Source: an uncultured Clostridia bacterium
GTDB taxonomy: Bacteria; Bacillota; Clostridia; TANB77; CAG-508
Direction of reading: 5' to 3'
DNA: 64,000 nt
Assembly: GCA_934184665.1 (NCBI GenBank)
Contig: CAKPSX010000003.1
Location: forward strand, 7,806-71,805
In this document: positions 1 through 11,144 of the stretch, in pieces
Layout of the letters: each line of letters begins with the position of its first letter
Position numbering within the stretch: the stretch's first letter is position 1
Program-made: the position numbers and the translations under genes
The notes under the pieces: generated by a model
What the model saw: only the letters and a program-made list of their open reading frames with translations
What the model was told of the DNA's origin: nothing
Databases searched by the model: none

Positions 1-143
1 TGTTTCATTTTTGTTACTTCTATTAGTTCTGGCACTTTCGTTTGATCCTTTCTTTAAAAAATATTTATACAACTATTTCATTTTTTGTAATTATATCATT
101 TTATATATTTTTTGGCTATAGTTTTTAGTCTTTTAAATTATTT

Positions 144-1775
144 TTATGAAGCTCTTTTATTTCTTAATTCATTTGCATATTTTAATGTTATTTCATTTAC
201 TTCTCCTGATGACATTCTAGCTATTTCAAATATTGTTTCTTCTTCATTTAAAAGTTTTATTTCTGTATTTGTTCTGTCATTTTTTACTGTTTTGCTTATG
301 TAATAATTATAATCTGCTTTTGCTGCAATAGCTGCTAAATGTGAAACACATAATACTTGATGTGTTTTTGATATATCTTTAATTTTTTCAGCAACTGTTT
401 TTCCAGCTTTACCACTTATTCCTATATCAATTTCATCAAATACTAATGTTGGCATTTTATCTGATTCAGCTAATACTTTTTTTATTGCTAGCATTATTCT
501 TGACATTTCTCCACCTGATGCTATTTTTATTAACTCATTTTCCTTTTCTCCAATATTTGTTTTTATGTAGATTTTAACATCATCTTTTCCATCTTCAAAA
601 TAATCATTTATTTTGTATTCCACTTTTACATTTATTTTTGCATTTTTCATTTCAAGTTCTAGTACCTCTGCATTTATTCTCTTGTTTAATTCTTCTGCAT
701 ATCTTTTTCTAATTTCACTCATTTTCTCAGCTATTTGGTTCATTTCTTTTTCTATCTCTTTTTGCTCTAGTTTTAATTGGTTATTATGCTCTTCTAAATT
801 CTCTATTTTAGTTATTTCTTGTTCAACTTCTTCTTTATATTCCAAAATTTCTTCTATATTATTTCCATACTTTCTTTTTAAATTATATATATTATCAAGT
901 CTTGATTCTGTTTCTTCTATTTCTTGTTCATTAAATTCTACATCATCATTAAAACAGCTTATATCTCTTGATATTTCTTGGATTTCATAATATACATTTT
1001 TTAATTCTGATACTGTTTTTTCATACTTTGTATCAATGCTTTCTATTTTTTCTAAAGACTTTATAGCTTTTCCTATTAAGTCTATTGTATTTTCTCCTAA
1101 TGCAATATCAGCATCTTGTAAGCTTTTAGCTATCTTTTCTGAATTAGCTATAATTTTTCTTTTTTCTTCTAATTTCTCTTCTTCTCCTATTTTTAAATTA
1201 GCCTCTGTTATTTCATTTGCTTGATATCTTAACAAATCTAATTTTCTTTGTTTTTCTTTTTCATCTCCATAATTTTCTCTTAATTCTTTTTTTATTTCAT
1301 TATATTTGTTATATCTTTTTTTATATTCATCTTGTAGTCCATTTATTTCTTTTCCTATGAAACTATCTAAATATTTTATATGTGTTTTGCTATCTAATAA
1401 TTTCTGATTATCATTTTGTCCATGTATTTCTATATAGTTGCTCATAAACTTCTTTAATTCTGCTACTGTTACTAATCTACCATTTATTTTGCACATGTTT
1501 CTTCCATTACTATATATTTCTCTTGTTATTATTATATTTCCTTCAACTGCATTTTCATCTTCTGGATTATACATACATAATTCAACATATGAGTAACTTT
1601 CTCCGCTTCTTATCATTTCTTTTGAAAATCTGCCACCACATATTATATTTATAGCATCTATTATTAAACTTTTACCTGCACCTGTTTCACCTGTTAATGC
1701 ATTCATTCCTTTGTTTAATTCTATTTCTAACTCTTCTATTATTCCTATATTTTTTATGTGTAAATTTGTTATCAT
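144..1775 (-). CDS. recN: DNA repair protein RecN
   Basis: 543-aa ORF with an N-terminal Walker A (LTGETGAGKSLIIDA), a long Glu/Lys-rich coiled-coil centre, and a C-terminal ABC signature and Walker B (ASGGEMSRIMLAIK, LVFDEIDIGISG). Confidence 0.9.
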   Translation of the reverse strand: MITNLHIKNIGIIEELEIELNKGMNALTGETGAGKSLIIDAINIICGGRFSKEMIRSGESYSYVELCMYNPEDENAVEGNIIITREIYSNGRNMCKINGRLVTVAELKKFMSNYIEIHGQNDNQKLLDSKTHIKYLDSFIGKEINGLQDEYKKRYNKYNEIKKELRENYGDEKEKQRKLDLLRYQANEITEANLKIGEEEKLEEKRKIIANSEKIAKSLQDADIALGENTIDLIGKAIKSLEKIESIDTKYEKTVSELKNVYYEIQEISRDISCFNDDVEFNEQEIEETESRLDNIYNLKRKYGNNIEEILEYKEEVEQEITKIENLEEHNNQLKLEQKEIEKEMNQIAEKMSEIRKRYAEELNKRINAEVLELEMKNAKINVKVEYKINDYFEDGKDDVKIYIKTNIGEKENELIKIASGGEMSRIMLAIKKVLAESDKMPTLVFDEIDIGISGKAGKTVAEKIKDISKTHQVLCVSHLAAIAAKADYNYYISKTVKNDRTNTEIKLLNEEETIFEIARMSSGEVNEITLKYANELRNKRAS

Positions 1776-1807
1776 ATGTTCCTCCTATCACTGTTTTTAT
1801 TATTTTT

Positions 1808-1877
1808 CAAAAATATGTTCGTGATTATTGTATTACTTTCCCTTTTATTTGTCAATAGTTTTACGAACATTTTTTCT
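1808..1877 (-). promoter_or_regulatory. recN sigma-A promoter flanked by two half-degenerate LexA (Cheo-type) boxes
   Basis: On the minus strand, TTGACA (1850-1855) and TACAAT (1827-1832) are separated by 17 nt. CGAACATATTTTTG (1808-1821, minus) and CGAACATTTTTTCT (1864-1877, plus) each have a perfect CGAAC half-site and a T-rich second half. Confidence 0.45.
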
Positions 1878-1923
1878 TTTTTCGTTTGTTTTTAATTTTA
1901 GTTTTGCCTTATTGTTTCAACAT

Positions 1924-1954
1924 AAAAAAGCTTACCAATTGGTAAGCTTTTTTT
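1924..1954. terminator. bidirectional intrinsic terminator
   Basis: Perfect hairpin AAGCTTACC-aatt-GGTAAGCTT, flanked by an A-run on the 5' side and a T-run on the 3' side. Confidence 0.8.
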
Positions 1955-1966
1955 AGAGATATATGA

Positions 1967-2317
1967 TTATTCTATATCATTACTCTCCTCTTCTTTTTTG
2001 TTTTTTATTCTCTTCTGCTCTTCTTTGTAGAAAAAGTAACAAAGAATAATCATTGTAACTAATAGTGTCAGCTGCAAGATGCTGAAACCGTATTCGCGGA
2101 TGCTTGGGTTAATCATAGCTCCCATCTGACCAGCCGTTATAGTTAATAGCAAAGTATTAACCATAGGTTTCCAGGTGAACCAGTTTACAATGACTGCAAT
2201 AGCAATCATTGCGATTATGAACCCAAACTTTGTCAGGGGCTCCTCATCGTAAAAGCCTAAGGTAGTTCCAAAAAGGCTACCCATGAACGCTGTGATTACA
2301 TAATGCAGATATCTCAT
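1967..2317 (-). CDS. small integral membrane protein, unknown function, in a GC-anomalous cassette
   Basis: 116-aa ORF with 3-4 hydrophobic segments and a Lys/Glu-rich tail. An extended -10 (TGGTATAAT) and RBS (AAGGAGAG) lie upstream and a terminator lies downstream. A hand count gives 30/60 G+C at 2081-2140. Confidence 0.6.
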   Translation of the reverse strand: MRYLHYVITAFMGSLFGTTLGFYDEEPLTKFGFIIAMIAIAVIVNWFTWKPMVNTLLLTITAGQMGAMINPSIREYGFSILQLTLLVTMIILCYFFYKEEQKRIKNKKEEESNDIE

Positions 2318-2428
2318 AATGTTTTCTCTCCTTAAAAATATTGATACCTTAATTATACCATATTTTAAGCCAAAAGTAAAATTTACATAATATTAATGTG
2401 CTTATTTTTTGCTTCTATATTCTTACTT

Positions 2429-5266
2429 TTAATTTTCTAAATATTTCTTTAAGAATTTTCCTGTATAACTTCTTTCATTTTTGCATATCTGTTCTGGTGT
2501 TCCAACAGCTATGACCTCTCCCCCAGCATCTCCGCCTTCTGGTCCTAAATCTATTATATGGTCACAAGTTTTTATTAAATCTAAATTATGTTCAATTACT
2601 AAAATTGTATTTCCTGTATCAACAAGTCTTTGTAATATATCTACTAATCTATGAACATCAGCAATATGAAGTCCTGTTGTTGGCTCATCTAATATATATA
2701 ATGTTTTACCTGTTGCTCTTTTTGATAATTCAGTTGCTAATTTAACACGTTGTGCTTCTCCTCCTGATAGTGTTGTGGATGGTTGTCCTAATTTAATATA
2801 TCCTAATCCCACATCATATAATGTTTGAATTTTTGATTTTATTTTTGGTATATTCTCAAAAAATTCAAGTGCTTCTTCAACTGTCATATCAAGTACATCT
2901 GAAATACTTTTACCTTTGTATTTTACCTCAAGTGTTTCTCTGTTATATCTTTTACCCTTACATACTTCACAAGGTACATATACATCTGGTAAAAAATGCA
3001 TTTCTATTTTATGAACTCCATCACCATTACAACTTTCACATCTACCACCTTGAACATTAAAACTAAATCTGCCTTTTGCATAACCCCTCATTTTTGCCTC
3101 ATTTGTCCCTGCAAAAATATCTCTAATTAAATCAAATGCACCTGTATATGTTGCAGGGTTTGAACGTGGTGTTCTACCAATTGGAGATTGATCTATATTT
3201 ATTATTTTGTCAATATTATCAATTCCTTTTATTGTCTTACATTTTCCTGGTTTTTCACTTGCTCCATTTAATTTTTGTGCAATATTTTTATATAATACTT
3301 CATTTACTAAAGTACTTTTTCCTGAGCCAGATACTCCTGTAACACAAGTAAATGTTCCTAATGGAATTTTTACACTTATATTTTTTAAGTTATTTTCTGT
3401 TGCATTCACTATTTCAATATTTTTCTTGTTTCCTTTTCTTCTTGTTTTTGGTACATGGATCTTTTTTCTTCCACTTAGGTAATCTCCTGTAATTGACCCT
3501 TCAACCTGTTTTATTTCTTCAGCAGTTCCTTGTGCCATTACATTTCCACCATGTACACCTGCACCTGGTCCAATATCTATTATTTGATCTGCAGCATACA
3601 TTGTATCTTCATCATGTTCTACAACTATTAATGTATTGCCTAAATCTCTTAGTCTTTTTAATGTTGCAATTAGTCTATCATTATCTCTCTGATGTAACCC
3701 TATACTCGGCTCATCTAATATATACAAAACTCCTGTTAGTCCAGAACCTATCTGTGTTGCTAAACGTATACGTTGTGCTTCTCCTCCTGATAATGTTCCA
3801 CTACTTCTTGATAATGTTAAATATTCTAATCCTACATCTACTAAAAATTGAAGTCTAGCATTTATTTCTTTTAAAATCATATCTGCTATCATAGCTTGTG
3901 TATCTGTTAGTTCTAGTCCTTTTAAGAATTCTTGAATCTGTTTTATTGACATTGCTGTTATTTCATTTATATTTTTTCCATTTATTTTTGTGCTTAATAT
4001 TTCTGGTTTTAGTCTAGCTCCATTACATTCATCACAATGCATATTACTCATATACATTTCATAAAAATCTCTCATTCCCTGTGATTTTGTTTCATTATGA
4101 CGTCTTTCTAGTGTTGGTATTACACCCTCAAATGGTGCTGTAAACTTTCTTGTTCCAGCATATGAAGAATATTCGAATTCTATTTCTTCATCACCTGTTC
4201 CATATAATATTTTCTCTAAAAAGTCTCTTGGCAAATCTTTTATTTTTTTGTTTTTTATATCTATTCCATAATGTCTACCTACACTTTCGAAATACATTCT
4301 TGCCATAGTGTCACCTTTTTTCATTGTGCTTGCTCCAAATGCTTTTACTCCATCATATAATGTTTTAGTTTTGTCAGGAATAATTAAATCTTCATCCATT
4401 TTCATTAAATAACCTATTCCTAAGCACTTTGGACAAGCTCCATAAGGATTATTAAATGAAAACATTCTTGGTGTTAATTCTGGGAAACTAAATCCACAAT
4501 CTGGACATGCATAATTGCAACTGTACAATATTGGCTTTTCTCCAACAACATCTATTAATACTAGATTCTCAGCATGTTTTAATGCTATTTCTATAGATTC
4601 AGTTAATCTTCCTATTATATCTTTTTTTATTACTAATCTATCAACAACTATTTCTATTTCGTGCTTTTTATTTTTATCTAATTTTATTTCGTCTGTTAGT
4701 TCATAAATTTCTCCATCAATTCTTACTCTTACAAATCCTTCTTTTTGTAAATCTTCCAGTAATTTTGTGTGTTCACCTTTTCTACTTCTCACAACAGGTG
4801 CTAATACTTGTATTTTAGTTCCTTCTTCTATTTTCATTACATTATCCACTATTTGGTCTATTGTCTGTTTCTCAATTTTTTTTCCACAATGCGGACAATA
4901 TGGTTGTCCTATTCTTGCATATAATAAACGTATATAATCATATATTTCTGTTACTGTTCCTACTGTTGAACGTGGGTTTTTTGATGTAGTTTTTTGATCT
5001 ATTGATATTGCTGGTGATAGTCCTTCTATTGATTCTACATCTGGTTTTTCCATTACTCCTAGGAATTGTCTAGCATATGATGATAAACTTTCTACATATC
5101 TTCTTTGACCTTCTGCATATAATGTGTCAAATGCAAGTGATGATTTTCCTGAGCCAGATAAACCTGTTATTACAACTAATTTATCTCTTGGTATTTCTAT
5201 ATTTATATTTTTTAAATTATGTTCTTTTGCACCTTTTATCGTTATTTTATCATTCATTTTTCTCAT
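2429..5266 (-). CDS. uvrA: excinuclease ABC subunit A
   Basis: 945-aa ORF with two ABC ATPase modules ([14 protein letters not shown] and [14 protein letters not shown]), signatures LSGGEAQR (twice), and zinc-finger Cys pairs. SD spacing favours the ATG at 5257 as an alternative start. Confidence 0.95.
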   Translation of the reverse strand: MRKMNDKITIKGAKEHNLKNINIEIPRDKLVVITGLSGSGKSSLAFDTLYAEGQRRYVESLSSYARQFLGVMEKPDVESIEGLSPAISIDQKTTSKNPRSTVGTVTEIYDYIRLLYARIGQPYCPHCGKKIEKQTIDQIVDNVMKIEEGTKIQVLAPVVRSRKGEHTKLLEDLQKEGFVRVRIDGEIYELTDEIKLDKNKKHEIEIVVDRLVIKKDIIGRLTESIEIALKHAENLVLIDVVGEKPILYSCNYACPDCGFSFPELTPRMFSFNNPYGACPKCLGIGYLMKMDEDLIIPDKTKTLYDGVKAFGASTMKKGDTMARMYFESVGRHYGIDIKNKKIKDLPRDFLEKILYGTGDEEIEFEYSSYAGTRKFTAPFEGVIPTLERRHNETKSQGMRDFYEMYMSNMHCDECNGARLKPEILSTKINGKNINEITAMSIKQIQEFLKGLELTDTQAMIADMILKEINARLQFLVDVGLEYLTLSRSSGTLSGGEAQRIRLATQIGSGLTGVLYILDEPSIGLHQRDNDRLIATLKRLRDLGNTLIVVEHDEDTMYAADQIIDIGPGAGVHGGNVMAQGTAEEIKQVEGSITGDYLSGRKKIHVPKTRRKGNKKNIEIVNATENNLKNISVKIPLGTFTCVTGVSGSGKSTLVNEVLYKNIAQKLNGASEKPGKCKTIKGIDNIDKIINIDQSPIGRTPRSNPATYTGAFDLIRDIFAGTNEAKMRGYAKGRFSFNVQGGRCESCNGDGVHKIEMHFLPDVYVPCEVCKGKRYNRETLEVKYKGKSISDVLDMTVEEALEFFENIPKIKSKIQTLYDVGLGYIKLGQPSTTLSGGEAQRVKLATELSKRATGKTLYILDEPTTGLHIADVHRLVDILQRLVDTGNTILVIEHNLDLIKTCDHIIDLGPEGGDAGGEVIAVGTPEQICKNERSYTGKFLKKYLEN

Positions 5267-5286
5267 TCCTCCTTCAAGGCTCTATT

Positions 5287-5322
5287 ATTATACTACATTT
5301 TTTGATAATAAACAAGAGTTCG
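5287..5322 (-). promoter_or_regulatory. uvrA promoter with an overlapping LexA box
   Basis: On the minus strand, TTGTTT (5310-5315) and TATAAT (5287-5292) are separated by 17 nt. CGAACTCTTGTTTA (5309-5322) fits the clostridial GAAC-N4-GTTT pattern and overlaps the -35. Confidence 0.5.
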
Positions 5323-5333
5323 AGAAAATTGTT

Positions 5334-5687
5334 TTATATTATTTTCTTTATGTGGTTAATTAGGCACTTTCCATTTTTAAAAACTATTTCAATTACATCA
5401 AAGTAGAATTCATACTTCCAATATTTTTTATTCAAGCTTAAAAATATTTTAGCTGCTGTTTTCATATGTTTTATTTTCTTATAATTTACCGCTTCTGATG
5501 GCATTCCATAATTAAAATTGCTTCTTGTCTTTACTTCAACAAAAAATAATTTTTTATCTTTTTTTGCTATTACATCTATTTCACCTTTTTTAGTATAATA
5601 ATTCTTGCAAACAATTTCATATTCCTTACTTTCTAGATAATGCTCGGCTATATTCTCTCCTATTTTTCCAAATACTTTCTTATTCAT
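5334..5687 (-). CDS. yraN: YraN-family (UPF0102) endonuclease-like protein
   Basis: 117 aa. The pattern GEIDVIAKK...LFFVEVKTR is typical of the YraN/PD-(D/E)XK fold. Confidence 0.8.
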   Translation of the reverse strand: MNKKVFGKIGENIAEHYLESKEYEIVCKNYYTKKGEIDVIAKKDKKLFFVEVKTRSNFNYGMPSEAVNYKKIKHMKTAAKIFLSLNKKYWKYEFYFDVIEIVFKNGKCLINHIKKII

Positions 5688-5732
5688 TTTTTCACATCCA
5701 TTTCTTAGGATATAACTTTTTCAATCAAATTT

Positions 5733-6599
5733 TTAATCTTGTTTTTTCACAAACTGTTGACCAGGTAGTTCCTGGATTTTATTTTCAATCTCAAGCATCA
5801 TCAATTTATAATTTACTTCATTTACAGCCAAGCCTGTTTTTATAGAGATTTCATTTATATCTTTTGGATTATCATCAAGTATTTTATAAACACATAATAA
5901 ATCTTCTGGAATATCAAAAAATATATCATTTTTTGATAATTGCTTTTTCGCAAATTCTATATCTGAAAATTCACTTAAAATATCTGTTACATTTGTTACT
6001 AGATTACAACCTTTTTTTATTAATTTATTTGTTGTAATTCCTTTTTTATTATCTAAACTACTTGGTATAGAAAAAACTGGTTTTCCTTGTTCTATTGTAT
6101 TTCTTGCAGTTATATTTGTTCCACTATTCTCCCCTGCTTCAACAACTAATGTTCCAATCCCCATTCCAGCAACAATCCTATTTCTTTCTCTAAATTTATT
6201 TGAGTCTGCCTCAACCTCATCATCATATTCTGTTACCAAAACTCCATCATTTTCTAATATCGCTCTTGCTAATTCAATATTTGATTTCGGATATATGTTT
6301 TTTAGCCCTGATGGCAATACAGCTATAGTTTTACCACTATTTTTCAAACAAGTTTCATGTGCAATAGTATCAATACCTACAGCTAATCCACTTATTATAT
6401 TTATATCATATTCCACGAGATCTTTAGTGAATTTTTGACACATTTTTGCTCCATACAATGTGTTGTGTCTTGAACCAACAACAGCAATTCCATAATTGTT
6501 TAATATTTCTATATTTCCTATTGCATGTAATCTACTTGGTGGCTTTTTTAATTCACGCAATCTCTCTGGATATAATTCATCACAATATTCAATTATCAT
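5733..6599 (-). CDS. dprA: DNA processing protein DprA/Smf
   Basis: 288 aa. Rossmann-like DprA core (VVGSRHNTLYGAKM, SGLAVGIDTIAHE, VVEAGENSGTNITA) plus a C-terminal winged-helix-like tail. Confidence 0.9.
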   Translation of the reverse strand: MIIEYCDELYPERLRELKKPPSRLHAIGNIEILNNYGIAVVGSRHNTLYGAKMCQKFTKDLVEYDINIISGLAVGIDTIAHETCLKNSGKTIAVLPSGLKNIYPKSNIELARAILENDGVLVTEYDDEVEADSNKFRERNRIVAGMGIGTLVVEAGENSGTNITARNTIEQGKPVFSIPSSLDNKKGITTNKLIKKGCNLVTNVTDILSEFSDIEFAKKQLSKNDIFFDIPEDLLCVYKILDDNPKDINEISIKTGLAVNEVNYKLMMLEIENKIQELPGQQFVKKQD

Positions 6600-6631
6600 A
6601 TCTCTTAAAATTTTCCTCCTTCAAATCTGTA

Positions 6632-8182
6632 TCAGCTAAATTTTTGAGCTGTTCTATCTAAGCTTCTATACATTATTGCTTCTGCAATATGTTTATCTTC
6701 TATTTTTTCTTTTCCTTCTAAATCTGCAATAGTTCTTGCAACTTTTAATACTTTTTCATATGCTCTTACACTTAGTTTTAAATTGTCAAACGCTTTTTTT
6801 AATATAATTTCAGCTTTCGAATCTAATATGCAATATTCAGAAATCGCCTTTTGATTTAATTCTGCATTTGAATGTATATTCCATTGTTTATATCTTTTTC
6901 TTTGAATTTCTCTCGCTTTATTTACTCTATTTCTTATTTGCTCTGAAGTTTGCCCATTATATTCTGAATTTAATTTATTATACTTAGGTCTTTTTACTTC
7001 TACTTGTATGTCTATTCTATCTAAAAGAGGTCCACTTATCTTATTTAAATATCTATGTATTTCTGTTGGAGTGCACCTACATTCTTTTTGTTCATCTCCA
7101 TAATAGCCACAAGGACATGGATTCATACTTGCAACAAGCATAAAATTACAAGGAAATATACAATTTCCATTTACTCTATTTATCATTATTTCTTTATTTT
7201 CTAAAGGTTCTCTTAATGATTCTAAAATATATCTATTATATTCTGGTAATTCGTCTAAAAATAATATTCCATTATGTGCTAAACTTACTTCACCAGGTCT
7301 TGGATTTCTTCCTCCTCCTATAATGGTACTTAATGTAACTGTATGATGTGGCATTCTAAATGGTCTATTTAAAATCAGTCCATCATTTTTCAATTCTCCT
7401 GATATACTATGTATTTTTGTTATTTCCATCGCTTCTTCTATATCAAGTTCAGGTAATATTGTATTTATTCTTTTTGCCATCATTGTTTTTCCAGAACCTG
7501 GACTACCTACCAATAAGCAATTATGTCCTCCTGCAACTGTAATCTCCAATGCTCTTTTTATATCTTCCTGTCCTTTAACTTCCAAAAAATCTATATCATA
7601 TTTATTTTGAGAACTAATCTCTGTATATACTTTTGTTAAACTTTCTGTACGTTGAATGTTTATTTCTTTATTCAAGTATCTCACTAATTCATTTAAATGT
7701 GTCACTGGAATAACTTCTAATTCTTTTACAATTGCTGCTTCATTTGCGTTTTCTTTTGACAATATTATTCTTTTTATTCCAAGCTCTTTTGCTTCCATGC
7801 ACATCGATAATATTCCATTTACTTTGTTTATTTTTCCATCAAGTGAAAGTTCTCCAATAAATATAGTTTTTCTTAATTCATTATAATCAATATATGGAAT
7901 TTTATTAGTAGCAAGCAATATTCCCATAGCCATTGCTAAGTCATAGCTACTTCCTCCTTTTTTTACATTTGCAGGTGCTAAATTTATTAAAATTTTTTTA
8001 TTTGGAAATTCAATTTTCGAATTTTTTATTGCTGCCATAATTCTCTTTTTGGCTTCTTTTACACTTGTATCTGGTAGACCAACTATTTCAAACTCTAGTA
8101 TTCCATTACTTATGTCTGTTTGTATTTCTATTAAATATCCATCTAATCCATTTAGTGACATTGATTTTACTTCTGATAACAT
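6632..8182 (-). CDS. comM: YifB/ComM Mg-chelatase-like ATPase
   Basis: 516 aa. N-terminal Lon-protease-like domain, Walker A GSPGSGKT, ILFLDELPE Walker B, and a CPCGYYG Cys cluster typical of ComM/YifB. Confidence 0.9.
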   Translation of the reverse strand: MLSEVKSMSLNGLDGYLIEIQTDISNGILEFEIVGLPDTSVKEAKKRIMAAIKNSKIEFPNKKILINLAPANVKKGGSSYDLAMAMGILLATNKIPYIDYNELRKTIFIGELSLDGKINKVNGILSMCMEAKELGIKRIILSKENANEAAIVKELEVIPVTHLNELVRYLNKEINIQRTESLTKVYTEISSQNKYDIDFLEVKGQEDIKRALEITVAGGHNCLLVGSPGSGKTMMAKRINTILPELDIEEAMEITKIHSISGELKNDGLILNRPFRMPHHTVTLSTIIGGGRNPRPGEVSLAHNGILFLDELPEYNRYILESLREPLENKEIMINRVNGNCIFPCNFMLVASMNPCPCGYYGDEQKECRCTPTEIHRYLNKISGPLLDRIDIQVEVKRPKYNKLNSEYNGQTSEQIRNRVNKAREIQRKRYKQWNIHSNAELNQKAISEYCILDSKAEIILKKAFDNLKLSVRAYEKVLKVARTIADLEGKEKIEDKHIAEAIMYRSLDRTAQKFS

Positions 8183-8291
8183 TTTTCTCCTTTCTCTTAA
8201 GGCATAGTACCTTATTTTTCAATTTTTTATTGATTTTTTAATTGTTTTATTATAAAATATTTTTAAATTTTAACTAAAGAATGGTGATATT

Positions 8292-10181
8292 ATGAGTAAT
8301 AAAAAAAATATAAAATCAAAACCTTTTAAAACAAATAATAGTGATATTAATGTTCCTAGCAATATTTCAGGAACCAAATTGATAATTGTATTTGCATTTT
8401 TATTAGTTATCATGATACTTTTAATTGGTCGTATTGTTTTTCTAAAGTTTGTAGATGGTGATAGATTACAATCTCTTGCAACATCTCAACAAACACTTAC
8501 TGAAACTCTTACAGCTAAGCGTGGTACAATCTATGATACTAATGGTAATGTTTTAGCAATAAGTTATGATACTGATAAAGTTTATATAAATCCTGCTGAA
8601 ATAGCTGAAAAGGATAGAGAAATCGTAGCACAAAGTATATCTAATATATTAGAAATAGATTATTCAGAATTATTATCTAATATCAATTCTTCTACAAGCA
8701 AATTCCTTGTTGCATCTGATGTTCCTCAAGATAAAGTTGATCAATTAAATAAATTGAAAGATAATTTATCTGAGTCTAAAATTAAAACTGGAATGAGTTT
8801 TGAAGATACTAATAAAAGATATTATCCACATAATTCTTTAGCTTCAACCGTTGTAGGTTTTGTTGGCTCAGACAACCAAGGTTTAAGTGGAATCGAATAC
8901 TCATGGGATTCTTTTTTAAGTGGTGTTGCTGGAAAATCAGTTAGTCTAAAAGATGCTGACCAGTCTGAAATTGCTAACTCTGAGCAAACTTATATAGCAG
9001 CTGAAAATGGTTATGACATTAATTTAACTATTGATGTTAATATTCAAGGTATTGTTGAAAAATATCTTGCTGAAGCTGTTCAAGAATATTCTTGTGATAG
9101 TGGAATTACAGTAGCAATGAATCCTTCTAATGGTAAGATATATGCTATGGCAGATTATCCAAGTTATGATTGTAATTCTCCTAATACTATTAATTCATCT
9201 CTTTCTGCTGTTTGGGATAAATTATCAGATCAAGAAAAAAATGATGCAAGATATAATATGTGGAAGCCAAAGGCTGTAACTGACACTTATGAGCCTGGTT
9301 CAGTATTTAAAATTATAACTTCTTCAATTGCATTAGAAGAAAATATTACTGACACTGATGTTGCAAACGATTTTTACTGTAATGGTCATTATTATATTGA
9401 AGGTGAAGACAAACCTATTGATTGTTGGAAAAATGTAGCTCCTTATCATGAAAGTCAAACATTACGAAAAGCTTTATGTAATTCTTGTAACCCTGCTTTC
9501 ATGCAATTAGGAAAACGTATTGGTTCTAAGACAACTTATAAATATTATGAAGCTTATGGATTTTTTGGAAAGACTGGTATCTCACTTGCTGGTGAACCTA
9601 AAAATGGTGGTATTTTCTATAAATTGGATGAAATAAAACCTATTGAACTTGCAATAATGTCATTTGGACAACGTTTTACTATTACGCCTTTACAAATGAT
9701 TTCAGCTGCTTCTGCAATAGCAAATGGTGGTACTTTAGTTCAACCTCAAATTGTTGACAAAATAACTAATACTGATACTGGCGAAGTTACTACTTTTAAA
9801 ACAGAAGAAAAATGCCAAGTTATTTCTAAAGAAACTGCTGACAAAGTTACATCAATGATGGAATCTGTTGTTACTACTGGAACTGGTGGACATGGTGCAG
9901 TTGAAGGTTACTCAATCGGTGGTAAAACTGGTACATCTGAGCCACGTAATGGAACAAGTGATGGTTATGTTGCTTCTTTTATAGCAATATCTCCTGTTGA
10001 AAATACAAAAATTGTTTTACTTGTAATTTTGAAGAATCCTACAGGAAAACAACACAATGGTGGGCAAATCGCCGCACCTACAGCATCTAAAATGCTTGCA
10101 GAAATCTTACCATATCTTGGTGTAGAATCTGGTAATGAAAAAGATGTTAATACTAGTATTTCTACAGATGATTTATATTAA
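8292..10181 (+). CDS. class B penicillin-binding protein (FtsI/SpoVD-like transpeptidase)
   Basis: 629 aa. N-terminal TM anchor, dimerisation domain, and transpeptidase motifs SVFK, SCN and KTGT. Confidence 0.9.
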   Translation: MSNKKNIKSKPFKTNNSDINVPSNISGTKLIIVFAFLLVIMILLIGRIVFLKFVDGDRLQSLATSQQTLTETLTAKRGTIYDTNGNVLAISYDTDKVYINPAEIAEKDREIVAQSISNILEIDYSELLSNINSSTSKFLVASDVPQDKVDQLNKLKDNLSESKIKTGMSFEDTNKRYYPHNSLASTVVGFVGSDNQGLSGIEYSWDSFLSGVAGKSVSLKDADQSEIANSEQTYIAAENGYDINLTIDVNIQGIVEKYLAEAVQEYSCDSGITVAMNPSNGKIYAMADYPSYDCNSPNTINSSLSAVWDKLSDQEKNDARYNMWKPKAVTDTYEPGSVFKIITSSIALEENITDTDVANDFYCNGHYYIEGEDKPIDCWKNVAPYHESQTLRKALCNSCNPAFMQLGKRIGSKTTYKYYEAYGFFGKTGISLAGEPKNGGIFYKLDEIKPIELAIMSFGQRFTITPLQMISAASAIANGGTLVQPQIVDKITNTDTGEVTTFKTEEKCQVISKETADKVTSMMESVVTTGTGGHGAVEGYSIGGKTGTSEPRNGTSDGYVASFIAISPVENTKIVLLVILKNPTGKQHNGGQIAAPTASKMLAEILPYLGVESGNEKDVNTSISTDDLY

Positions 10182-10196
10182 AAATTTATTATTTTT

Positions 10197-10251
10197 GCCA
10201 GATTTTGAGACTTCTATAATGAAATCTCAAATATCTGGCATTTGTAGTTTT
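10197..10251. terminator. hairpin terminator between convergent genes
   Basis: GCCAGATTTTGAGA ... TCTCAAATATCTGGC imperfect stem, followed by a T-rich tract. Confidence 0.6.
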
Positions 10252-10265
10252 TATATAATAAAAAT

Positions 10266-10703
10266 CTACTTGTTAAATGGATGTGTTTTTATTCCAATTA
10301 ATAAAACATCATCACTCTTTTCATCAAAGTAATTAAATAATTGTTCATATCTATTTTCATTATTTTTTTCTGCACGAATATAATCTGAAACATCTAAAAA
10401 ACTAATCTGTGTACCTGTTTCTATCATTTGACCTTTGTTGTTCTCAATTTCTAGAAAAATGCTTTGTTGAAATCGTCTTTTGTTCAATTCTGATATAAGT
10501 ACTTTATTTAGATTTGCATCTTGTTTTTTCTCATTTTTATTATTTTCTGTTTCTTCTTCACATATAGCACACCAATAACAGAAAATAGATTCTTTTATTC
10601 TGTATTTCCTTATCATTTTTAAATATACTTCTATTTCTTCGTCTGTTTCAAGTAATGCTTTTACTTTTACTAATTCAAATTCATATTCTGATATGTCTTT
10701 CAA
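10266..10703 (-). CDS. hypothetical protein; the ORF is open upstream to about 10841
   Basis: 145-aa ORF from a TTG with no SD. The same frame stays open 46 codons further upstream, ending 8 nt after a strong SD (AAAGGAGGG) at an ATA codon. No family recognised. Confidence 0.55.
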   Translation of the reverse strand: MKDISEYEFELVKVKALLETDEEIEVYLKMIRKYRIKESIFCYWCAICEEETENNKNEKKQDANLNKVLISELNKRRFQQSIFLEIENNKGQMIETGTQISFLDVSDYIRAEKNNENRYEQLFNYFDEKSDDVLLIGIKTHPFNK

Positions 10704-11144
10704 TTTTATATTTTTTTCATATTCTATGTCTTTTATTTTTATTTTTAATACATTATTTAGAACATCTCTTAGTATGTCCTTTTCTTTACCTCTTACTAGC
10801 TCACCTAGTTTGTATATACTATTTAAATTATTTGATTCTATAGAATATCCCTCCTTTGTTATATATTTTAATTAATTATAATAAGGTTTTTTAATCTTAG
10901 ATAAAATTAACTTTGATTTTAAATTTAAATTTTAATTTATAGAAAAAATTTTTTTGAAAATTATATAATCTTTAACTAGTATAATTTCTTTTTACTTTTT
11001 TGTCAATACCAAAATCACATTTTTTTATTTTATTTTTCCAAAATACATTTTTCGACTTTTTACGACTTTATTCGTTTAAACTTTTTCAGAGTAGATATTG
11101 ATCAACTTCAACACCTACTCTGAATATACTTTATTATTTTCAAC

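Noticed and set aside
1-143. A possible minus-strand gene start (ATG at 8-6) leaving the left edge of the window.
   Set aside because: Only two codons are visible and there is no convincing RBS, so it cannot be supported.
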